64,000 bases of DNA from an uncultured Alphaproteobacteria bacterium. GTDB lineage: Bacteria > Pseudomonadota > Alphaproteobacteria > Rs-D84. A model generated the notes under the pieces. That model was not told where the DNA came from and did not search any database. It worked only from the letters and a program-made list of their open reading frames with translations. A program made the position numbers and the translations under genes. Shown piece after piece: positions 46,951 through 54,763 of this stretch. Within the stretch, counting starts at the first letter, position 1, and each line of letters begins with the position of its first letter. The DNA lies in contig CALXMA010000001.1 of NCBI GenBank assembly GCA_944389345.1, forward strand, positions 69,117 to 133,116. The letters are read 5' to 3'.

Positions 46951-47583
46951 TTAACGAGAATAGAATTCGACGACCAGTTCCGGGAACATCTGGACAGGAT
47001 ATGGAACGTCGGCAAACAATGGTACGCGCGTAAATGTCGCGGTAAAGTTTGCACTGTCCACGCTGATATAATCCGGCCAATTACGTTCACCAGATTCCAA
47101 TGCCAAAACAACCAATGGCATCTGTTTTGCCTTGTCGCTGACGGTGATGACATCGCCCGGTTTAACCTGGTACGATGCGATTTTTACGCGTTTGCCGTTA
47201 ACATAGATGTGGCCGTGGCTGACCAATTGGCGGGCAGAAAAGACCGTCGGTGCCAATTTAGAACGGTACACAACCGCGTCCAAACGACGTTCCAGCAAAC
47301 CAATTAAGTTATCTGGGGTGTCGCCACGCATATTAGAAGCCTCTAAATAATACGCACGGAATTTCTTTTCGCCAATGTTGCCATAGTATCCCTTTAATGT
47401 TTGTTTGGCGCGCATCTGTTTTGCGTAATCAGATGAATTGCCACCGCGGGATGTTGGCCCATGCTGGCCCGGTTTATATTTACGTTTGTTAAATGGGGAT
47501 TTAGACTGGCCCCACAGGTTGACGCCCAGACTGCGTCCGATTTTCAATTTTCTGGTACTGCGCTTTGCGCCCAATCTTGCCAT
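46951..47583 (-). CDS. rpsD: 30S ribosomal protein S4
   Basis: KPGQHGP..., LERRLD.VVYR and the S4 domain [30 protein letters not shown] terminator hairpin (AATCCCGCC-CATC-CGGCGGGATT on the minus strand) follows. Confidence 0.95.
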   Translation of the reverse strand: MARLGAKRSTRKLKIGRSLGVNLWGQSKSPFNKRKYKPGQHGPTSRGGNSSDYAKQMRAKQTLKGYYGNIGEKKFRAYYLEASNMRGDTPDNLIGLLERRLDAVVYRSKLAPTVFSARQLVSHGHIYVNGKRVKIASYQVKPGDVITVSDKAKQMPLVVLALESGERNWPDYISVDSANFTATFTRVPLFADVPYPVQMFPELVVEFYSR

Positions 47584-47799
47584 AATTTTATCCTTTTGGT
47601 TTTTATGGTGCCGAACATTTCACAGAATCCTTATCATGAATATGACCAAAAGACATATCACTTAATCAGTTCTGGTTATCCAGCGGTGCCCAGTCTATAT
47701 CAAATATTTCGAAAAATCAAGTAAATTCCGCATAACGCGTATAACAAACCCCGTAAAGAGATTCACGGGGTGTGGATAACTGCGTAAAATATATTTTGA

Positions 47800-48441
47800 T
47801 TAAGACCAACAACAACTGGACGAATATCTGTATGAACCAGTGCTGTCCGTTCCGGTTGTGCCAGATGGTATACAACATCCACTGATGCTGGTGGTGCCGG
47901 CCGATGACGTGCCCGGTGATGCACATGCCGTGCACCCAACGCCCGTTGACATATCGATTATACCTGTTCCCCAATATCCGGCGGAGCAACGATACTGTAC
48001 CTTTTTACTGCATACGCATGTACTGGTATTACATGTTGCGGTAATTTTTTGTTCGCGACCGCCACCGACACTGGTCCATCCGGTTGATTCACAATCATCG
48101 CACGTACCGTCGCAACCAGACCCACCAGATTTCTCGCATAAATACCATGTGTAGGGCCCACAAGAACCATGGCTGTATGTTTGCGCCTTGCGCGTATATC
48201 CAGACAGACAAGATGAACAACTGTTTATTTTGAATCCAGAACCAACCACTGTACCATCGGTATAACAAGACGAAGTTTGCGTTGCACATGGACCCGGATT
48301 GGTCGCCGCCACGCCACCACCAGACAGATTTGAACAAGACGTGGCACGGCACAGCGATGTAATTGCCAACGCCGGTTCGGGCACCGCCAACACGCCAACG
48401 GCGCACACGGCGCACAGTTTTGAAATTATTTGCGTTTTCAT
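47800..48441 (-). CDS. Small (213 aa) secreted cysteine-rich protein, member C of the family
   Basis: SD CAGGAG before ATG 48441. Signal MKTQIISKLCAVCAVGVLAVPEPALA. The mature part has more than 25 Cys and includes CSAGYWG...GCTACASPGTSSAGTTSISGCC, the same module as the giant protein's C..GYY...C..CP.sGt...ga.si..CY. Confidence 0.8.
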   Translation of the reverse strand: MKTQIISKLCAVCAVGVLAVPEPALAITSLCRATSCSNLSGGGVAATNPGPCATQTSSCYTDGTVVGSGFKINSCSSCLSGYTRKAQTYSHGSCGPYTWYLCEKSGGSGCDGTCDDCESTGWTSVGGGREQKITATCNTSTCVCSKKVQYRCSAGYWGTGIIDMSTGVGCTACASPGTSSAGTTSISGCCIPSGTTGTDSTGSYRYSSSCCWS

Positions 48442-48681
48442 TTCAATCTCCTGAACTATTGTTGCGATAACAAAAAACCACCGCTTTGCATTGGTGGTCA
48501 GGAGGTTGAGAACAATCTTGAGAATTGTGTCGCTTATTATGATATTCACGACCCTCCTGACCCTTTGGAATCAGGAGTTTATTTTTCGTCGTGATATTAA
48601 AATGGGCGCATTTGCGCCACGCTGAACACCCCGACGCTCAAGCACGGGTTCTCACACCCCATCGACGAAACACTCGTCGAC
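48442..48681 (-). promoter_or_regulatory. Structured 5' leader (attenuator/riboswitch-like), copy C
   Basis: RNA blocks are CGUCGGGGUGU (48636-48626), ACGACGAAAAA (48592-48582), hairpin CUCCUGA (48577-48571)/UCAGGAG (48560-48554), competing strand CCUCCUGACC (48505-48496), then a terminator. Confidence 0.65.
48472..48498 (-). terminator. Intrinsic terminator inside leader C, about 30 nt upstream of the start codon
   Basis: RNA ACCACC-AAUGCAAAGC-GGUGGU followed by UUUUU. Confidence 0.65.
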
Positions 48682-48687
48682 ACTTCT

Positions 48688-48716
48688 ATATTATCGCAAA
48701 CGGAAATTGATAGCAA
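48688..48716 (-). promoter_or_regulatory. sigma70-like promoter driving leader C
   Basis: Minus strand TTGCTA (48716-48711), N17, TAATAT (48693-48688). Confidence 0.55.
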
Positions 48717-48786
48717 GAGTAAACATTTAACACAACACCGGTCGTGTTAATAACAGCAAAATAAAAACGCCCCATTGGGGCGTTTG

Positions 48787-49326
48787 TTAGAATTTTACCT
48801 GGGGCGCTTTCTTTTCAGATTCGTCCATTTCAAACATTTTTTCGGGCGTTATGTTAAACATACGCGCAACGATGTTTGACGGGAACTGTTCAATTTGGGT
48901 ATTCAGGCCCATTACAACATTATTGTAAAACTGGCGCGTGGCCTGAATCTTGGTTTCTGTATCCGTCAATTCGCGCTGTAATTCCAAGAAATTTTCGTTC
49001 GCACGCAATGTCGGGTAATTTTCCGCAACCGCAAACAGACTTTTCAGTGTTTCTGTCAGATGATTTTCTGCATCTGCCTTGGTCGGGCCGTTGGCAGACA
49101 TTGCCGCATCACGCGCCGCCGTAACCGATTGCAATGTTTCACGTTCGTGTTTCGCCGCACCACGCACAGATTCCACCAAATTCGGAATTAAATCATAACG
49201 ACGCTTTAACTGGGTATCGATTGTTGACCATGCCTCGCGTACCTGGTTACGGCGCGAAACCAATCCGTTGTATACAGCGATAAAGTACAATAAAATAACG
49301 GCGACAACAGCAATTGCAATCCACAT
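48787..49326 (-). CDS. lemA: LemA family membrane protein
   Basis: Start at MWIAIAVVAVILLYFIAVYNGLV..RN.V.EAWS.IDTQLKRRYDLIPNLVE, the canonical LemA N-terminus. Confidence 0.9.
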   Translation of the reverse strand: MWIAIAVVAVILLYFIAVYNGLVSRRNQVREAWSTIDTQLKRRYDLIPNLVESVRGAAKHERETLQSVTAARDAAMSANGPTKADAENHLTETLKSLFAVAENYPTLRANENFLELQRELTDTETKIQATRQFYNNVVMGLNTQIEQFPSNIVARMFNITPEKMFEMDESEKKAPQVKF

Positions 49327-49438
49327 AGTAAAAACTCCTTTATTTATCTTGGTGTCATATATTCTATATTGATGGGTGGCGAATTTCAAATAAAAAACGC
49401 CCCATGCGGGGCGTTAAAGTCAATAAATTCATAAAAAA

Positions 49439-49783
49439 TTATTTTTTCCAAAATGCAAATCCAGAACGACGTTCGGCCTTGTCTTCGCGTTGTTTACGAT
49501 CTTCGGCCGCGCGACGGCGTTCTGCGCGACGTTCTTGGAATCTGCGTGCGGATTCTTCGTCGCGTTGAATCAATGTCAATGTCGTAACAGATAATTTGCC
49601 GTTACGAACTTCCTCTTCAAATTCTACGATATCATTTTCGTTCAAGAACCGTATGCCGGCGGCCTTTAACGCACTGGAATGAACAAAAACATCGTCCATA
49701 TTTCCATCTTCGTTCGGGGTGTCCGGGGTAATAAAGCCAAAGCATTTCTTACCATTGTACCATTTTACTTTACCTTGACGCAT
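49439..49783 (-). CDS. Cold-shock domain protein with Arg/Glu-rich C-terminal extension
   Basis: GKVKWYNGKKCFGFI (RNP1-like) and DVFVHSSAL (RNP2-like), followed by a ~45-aa tail RDEESARRFQERRAERRRAAEDRKQREDKAERR. Confidence 0.85.
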   Translation of the reverse strand: MRQGKVKWYNGKKCFGFITPDTPNEDGNMDDVFVHSSALKAAGIRFLNENDIVEFEEEVRNGKLSVTTLTLIQRDEESARRFQERRAERRRAAEDRKQREDKAERRSGFAFWKK

Positions 49784-49922
49784 AATGTACCTTCCTTTGC
49801 TTATGCTTGTTATGGTTCCCAAGGATAACAGTGAACCTGTATTCATTGTTGCCGATTAGTTATGGGAATGCAAGAAAAAACACCCCACGGGATTACTGTT
49901 TTATTTCCCATGGGGCGGCGGA

Positions 49923-51350
49923 TTATTTGCTAGCCTTTTTATAATAACGCTGGACCTCGGTCATGACAAAGTTAAACAATTTGCCCGCCATATTGTCAGA
50001 CGGCACCGTCCAGTCATGCTGGAAATACGGCATCGCGCAGACCAATATAAACCACGCCATATAGTGAAAAATCTCGCTTTCTTGGGCCTGGGTCAATTTA
50101 ATCGGGGCATTGGTGATGTGAAACACCTCGTTTTCTATGGCGTTATCCAGTTTGTCCACGATTATATCCAGAATCTTTGGCGGATAATACAGTTTACACG
50201 GCTTTGGAAACCCGTCAAACATCGATACGTCTGAACCCTGGCTGTACAGGATATTCCAACCAACACGATCGAACAAATCTTCCAGGCATTGGCATATCAT
50301 CAAATTATATTCTTTGACGCCACCTTCCATAAAATCGGCCAATTTGCGTTCTATGTTCGCACTGGCGACCGCGGTTTTACGACCACGACGATTTTCCGCG
50401 CGACGCGAAATTTCGTAATGCTCGTGCGTTTTACGTTCAAATTCAAAGAACGTACGTACCTGGCATATTATTTCCATGGGGACAACGCGACCGTCTTTGC
50501 CAATGTCTATTATCAATTTAGCATCGCGATAATTACGCGGATTTTTCATATCATAGAAATTATCGCGCACAGATAATATTCTGTCTGGCATCATTTCACG
50601 GACACGTTCGATAAACGTACGCGCCTGGGGTATCAAATCAAACAAACATTTTACACGCCATATATCTTGCAAACGCATACGCGGACGCGGAACCTGGTCC
50701 AGGGCACGCACCAATTCAACCGCAATCTTTTCATGTCCCGACCCAATAATCGACAATACCGTTTCTGATGGCGTTGATATATACTTTTCATTTAACTTGG
50801 CGCGAATTTTGTCCGCAATCGCGCGCGCAGATGCCAAACGGCCGTGTGATGCAATAACACGGTACACGGTCATTGCAACTTCGTCCACATAGGCGGAATA
50901 ATATTTTCCCGTCATTTTATCCAAGGCACGATTGACACTTTTCTGGGCACCAACAATAACCGTTACGATTGACGACACGGCCAAATCAATTTTGTGCCCC
51001 GCCCCACTGGTAAAAAACTGATTACGCATCGGGTCGGCATCCAAACGATGGTGTACGATATACGGGGATAACGGATTTATGTCCGATAATTTTATTGGCT
51101 CTGGGACGGCACTGTCGGTGGCATAATCATATCGCATAACCGGAGCCTTGGGTGCACCGAAACATTTACCCAGGAAATAAAACACTTCGCGGAACCATAC
51201 CAAACTGTCCGAATACAATTCCGTCAGGTATGCGGCGGCTTCATCATTTATACGACCGGATTGGCGTGCTTCTTCAATAACTTGCTGATTCTTCCGATCG
51301 TGTTCAGCTGCTAAATCGGCCGTACGACTGTCAGAATATGGTGTCATCAT
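49923..51350 (-). CDS. Hypothetical 475-aa protein with a divergent RelA/SpoT-like nucleotidyltransferase core
   Basis: DIWRVKCLFDL...(about 35 aa)...NYRDAKLIIDIGKDGRVVPMEIICQVRTFFEFERKTHEHYEISR parallels D..G.R.i...GYRS.H......vE(I/V)Q(I/V)RT......E..H..YK of (p)ppGpp-synthetase-fold enzymes. Confidence 0.6.
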   Translation of the reverse strand: MMTPYSDSRTADLAAEHDRKNQQVIEEARQSGRINDEAAAYLTELYSDSLVWFREVFYFLGKCFGAPKAPVMRYDYATDSAVPEPIKLSDINPLSPYIVHHRLDADPMRNQFFTSGAGHKIDLAVSSIVTVIVGAQKSVNRALDKMTGKYYSAYVDEVAMTVYRVIASHGRLASARAIADKIRAKLNEKYISTPSETVLSIIGSGHEKIAVELVRALDQVPRPRMRLQDIWRVKCLFDLIPQARTFIERVREMMPDRILSVRDNFYDMKNPRNYRDAKLIIDIGKDGRVVPMEIICQVRTFFEFERKTHEHYEISRRAENRRGRKTAVASANIERKLADFMEGGVKEYNLMICQCLEDLFDRVGWNILYSQGSDVSMFDGFPKPCKLYYPPKILDIIVDKLDNAIENEVFHITNAPIKLTQAQESEIFHYMAWFILVCAMPYFQHDWTVPSDNMAGKLFNFVMTEVQRYYKKASK

Positions 51351-51359
51351 CGTCCCCCA

Positions 51360-52838
51360 TCATTTCATTATCGGGAATAATATCACGTCGCGCAGTGTCG
51401 GCGCGTCCGCAATAATGGAAAAGAATCTGTCTATGCCCAGACCCAACCCAGAAATTGGTGGCATACCATGTTCCATCGCACGCAAGAAATCTTCGTCCAG
51501 GTCAAAGGCTTCGTCATCGCCGGCGGCCTTGTTGCGGGCCTGTTCTTCGAATGCGTTGCGTTGAACAATTGGGTCGACCAATTCCGAATATGCCTTGATC
51601 AATTCGGCACCACATACAACCAACTGGAATATATCAATACGGCGATTATCCGCATCATTGCGTCGCGCCAGCGGTATCAAATACGCCGGATAGTTATACA
51701 CAATTGTCGGTTGAATTATTTGTTCGCGAATCTTGTGCTTGAACACGTAATCAACAATCGCAGGTACGGACTTTAACGGTTCCAATTCGTCGGCCGAAAA
51801 CATTTTCTGGGCCACCAGTTGCCGTTTCAATGCATCTGTGTCCGAAAATTCCAGAATGTCCACCCCCAGCAATTCATTCATACGGGCGGTGTAATCTATT
51901 TCTTCGTATTTACTGAAATCCAGTTTTGTGCCCTGGTATTCAATCTGTAATGTTCCGCGCAGGTCCATCAACAATTTTTGAATCATATCCCACGAGAATT
52001 TTATATTATCACGATAGTTCCAATACGCCACATACCATTCCAGCATGGTGAATTCTTGCAAATGCATTGCATCCATGCCTTCGTTGCGGAAATTTTTACC
52101 CAGTTCATACACACGGTCAAAACCCGCCGCAATGGTCTGTTTCAAGAATAATTCGGGTGCAATACGCAGATAAAAATCCGCGTCCAATGCATTGTGATGC
52201 GTGACAAATGGACGCGCGGCGGCACCACTGGCCACGACCTGCATAATTGGGGTTTCAACCTCTATAAATCCGTTATTGTTCAGGTATTCGCGTATCAGGC
52301 GCAACATCTGGAAACGCATTTTCATTGTTCGCCGTGTGTCTTCGTTGGAAATTATATCCAAATAACGCTGGCGATATCTGGTTTCCATGTCTGTCAGACC
52401 GTGGAACTTTTCCGGCAATGGGCGCAATGCCTTGGATAATATTTCATATTTTGCAACGCGAACCGTCAATTCGCCCGCAGTCGTATGGTACAATTCCCCA
52501 TCAATGCCGATAAAATCCCCCAAATCAACATTGGACTTCATAAATTTGTATTGTTCTTCGCCCAGTTCTTCGCGGGACATAGAAAACTGAATTTCGCCAT
52601 CAATATCGTAAATACGGCCGAACATTAATTTCCCCAGCCAACGCAATGCCGTAACACGACCCGCCAGGCGCACATGTGTGCCGTCCGCTAATTCGCGCGC
52701 ATCAATAATTCTGTGGGTGCGGTCAAATTTGTCTTTCCAGACAACACCATCGCGCGCACGAATATTCTCTGCCTTTTGCAGGCGTGCCTGTAATTCATTT
52801 GTGGATATTTTGGTTGTATTGTTCGTGTTGTCTGCCAT
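51360..52838 (-). CDS. lysS: Lysine--tRNA ligase, class II
   Basis: N-terminal OB domain, YRQRYLDII, FIEVETPIM (motif 1 region), class II motifs 2 and 3 (FRNEG..., GLGLGIDR). Confidence 0.95.
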   Translation of the reverse strand: MADNTNNTTKISTNELQARLQKAENIRARDGVVWKDKFDRTHRIIDARELADGTHVRLAGRVTALRWLGKLMFGRIYDIDGEIQFSMSREELGEEQYKFMKSNVDLGDFIGIDGELYHTTAGELTVRVAKYEILSKALRPLPEKFHGLTDMETRYRQRYLDIISNEDTRRTMKMRFQMLRLIREYLNNNGFIEVETPIMQVVASGAAARPFVTHHNALDADFYLRIAPELFLKQTIAAGFDRVYELGKNFRNEGMDAMHLQEFTMLEWYVAYWNYRDNIKFSWDMIQKLLMDLRGTLQIEYQGTKLDFSKYEEIDYTARMNELLGVDILEFSDTDALKRQLVAQKMFSADELEPLKSVPAIVDYVFKHKIREQIIQPTIVYNYPAYLIPLARRNDADNRRIDIFQLVVCGAELIKAYSELVDPIVQRNAFEEQARNKAAGDDEAFDLDEDFLRAMEHGMPPISGLGLGIDRFFSIIADAPTLRDVILFPIMK

Positions 52839-53025
52839 TGTTATTATCCTTTTTAGGCGTTAAAAATTAAAAAAACGGACGCCTGAACAGTGCGTCCGTC
52901 AAATTCTGATGGTCGCACCGTATCAATCAAAGAATTTCAAAACCAATTTCATTTTTCGTATGTCCCCATCCGATGAAATTCTGGCACTTGATCCGTCGCA
53001 CCAAAACCCGTCACACTTTCAGGGT
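52839..53025 (-). promoter_or_regulatory. ~185-nt lysS 5' leader ending in an intrinsic terminator (candidate attenuator)
   Basis: The terminator ACGGACGC-ACUGUUCAG-GCGUCCGU plus U7 (plus coordinates 52869-52899) lies about 30 nt before the lysS ATG. There are two copies of GGUGCGAC (52996-53003 and 52913-52920 on the plus strand as gtcgcacc). Confidence 0.5.
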
Positions 53026-53029
53026 CAGA

Positions 53030-53057
53030 TTATAAACAGTTTTTTGAAAATGTAAAC
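53030..53057 (-). promoter_or_regulatory. sigma70-like promoter for the lysS leader
   Basis: Minus strand TTTACA (53057-53052), N16, TATAAT (53035-53030). Confidence 0.55.
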
Positions 53058-53169
53058 ATATTTTTAATGGGGTGGCGAAATTTTATCCCCCGACCATCGT
53101 TGGATTTCGCCCCCCCCGGCCAAAGACCGCAACAAAAAAATCCACCATTCGGTGGATTTTTATGAAACC

Positions 53170-53184
53170 TTGGTGCGAGCAAAG
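53170..53184 (-). repeat. 15-nt direct repeat of the tRNA-Gly 3' end (islet boundary)
   Basis: ttggtgcgagcaaag is identical to 56408-56422. Confidence 0.7.
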
Positions 53185-53261
53185 TACTTCGCCATGCTGG
53201 CGCATGAGCGTCTGGCAACCCTGCGGGTTCTTCGCCCCTTGGGCAAACAAGTTTTGAATAT

Positions 53262-53468
53262 GTGGACTATAACAAAGCCCCATCTGTTGTATGTCTGAAA
53301 ATCACAGAAAAACAAGCAAAAAAACTATCATATGACGGTTTAATAAAATCAGATTGTATCTATTTTTATGACAACAGCGACACAGTATTAAGAAACCCAC
53401 AAGCATTTAACGATTATGTTGCCAGATTAAAATTATTGGCCACAATGACACCCAAGAATGTTTTTTAA
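53262..53468 (+). CDS. Possible small protein (68 aa)
   Basis: ORF only. Confidence 0.25.
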   Translation: MDYNKAPSVVCLKITEKQAKKLSYDGLIKSDCIYFYDNSDTVLRNPQAFNDYVARLKLLATMTPKNVF

Positions 53469-53752
53469 TGTTCTGTCCTTTACTTTTTCCGAATAACCAT
53501 ATAAAATAAGAACTGAATCCAAGAGATTGGGTTCAGGGCTATTGCAGGCCTTATGTGTTCGGTGCGAAAGCATCGTTAAAATGATGTTTCGGTGTTTTTC
53601 GCACCGTGATATCCCTGGCTTATGGTCGGGGAGTCGTTGGTTATAAAACAGGGGCAACCCAAAGACCGCGGAATCATTTAACACATATGATTGCAATCTC
53701 CCTGACCGCTCTTTCTTTTGGAGCGGTTAACTTTTTACCAAACTAGTAAGAA

Positions 53753-54763
53753 ATGAAAAAACTGTTCTTAATGGCCTTAATTTTATCATTAACAGCCTGT
53801 GCTGGTGGTTCAGGGGGTAGTTCTGGAAACACTGGTAATACAACACCCAACACACCAGGTCAATCAGCATACGAATTATGGTTGGCCCAAGGGCATACAG
53901 GAACAGAACAAGATTTCTTAGATTGGTTGCTTTCTGGCGGAAACAACGGTTCCAATGAAGTAGTAACAAGAAATTTCAACAAACAAGTTGAATTAGACGA
54001 ATATGTTGAATTTGGAGACCCCCAAGGTGGACACGATTACCACTATACACAAACCGATAAACCCTGGGCAAAATACGGAGGGTTCAAACAATATAATGCT
54101 AATTATTTAACCAATGTTCCTGGCACATACGTTGTGGTAACATACAACGAAAAGGAATTAGATTTAAGTAATTATGGTGTTGCTTTTTATAAAACTTGGA
54201 CCAGTTCGGGTGGTTGGGCAAACTATTCCGCAAATGGGTATGTAACTAATCGCGACATAGATTACGGCTCTAATGCCTATATTCCAGAAACTGGTACTGT
54301 TTTCACGGGCGGAACATTGGCATATATTTATAAAAATTTTAAATATGACCCTGACGAGTCTGACAAAATTTTAATAAAAGGGGATGCAACCTTTACTTAT
54401 AACCCAACAAATCCAAGTTTAGTTTTAGATTTTGATAATTATTATACATTTGCTATGAATTTTCCTAACTCTGCAAGTGGCGGAGCTGCATATGGATTAA
54501 CATCCAGTCCCAATGGAACATCGGTTGCCAATGTTACCGTTTCTGGAACAAATAATACTGGCAATTCTGACTATAATTTAACTCCTGGTGCATATTCTAA
54601 TACAAATGCTTATTTACGCACACAGCATTTTCAACAAAATAATACAGAGGAAGCCACTGGAATGTATTACATAAATAGTTATTCCGTTGGAGGAACAAAT
54701 AATTGTACTATGGGTAGCGATTGTTTCCAGATAACTGGTGGTTTTGGCGGCACCAAACAATAA
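53753..54763 (+). CDS. Surface lipoprotein (predicted Slam substrate) with TbpB/fHbp-like C-terminal beta-barrel signature
   Basis: Lipobox LSLTAC followed by a Gly/Ser linker. The C-terminus ...ATGMYYINSYSVGG...CFQITGGFGGTKQ resembles the G.fyG...E..G.f....GaFGakkq ending of Slam-dependent lipoproteins. The stop overlaps the Slam start (TAATG). Confidence 0.7.
   Translation: MKKLFLMALILSLTACAGGSGGSSGNTGNTTPNTPGQSAYELWLAQGHTGTEQDFLDWLLSGGNNGSNEVVTRNFNKQVELDEYVEFGDPQGGHDYHYTQTDKPWAKYGGFKQYNANYLTNVPGTYVVVTYNEKELDLSNYGVAFYKTWTSSGGWANYSANGYVTNRDIDYGSNAYIPETGTVFTGGTLAYIYKNFKYDPDESDKILIKGDATFTYNPTNPSLVLDFDNYYTFAMNFPNSASGGAAYGLTSSPNGTSVANVTVSGTNNTGNSDYNLTPGAYSNTNAYLRTQHFQQNNTEEATGMYYINSYSVGGTNNCTMGSDCFQITGGFGGTKQ

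Noticed and set aside
52996-53003. Plus-strand ...CCGTCGCACCA considered as the 3' end of an unannotated tRNA.
   Set aside because: No T arm (TTCRANY loop with a 5-bp stem) and no cloverleaf can be drawn upstream. The motif is more plausibly part of the minus-strand lysS leader.
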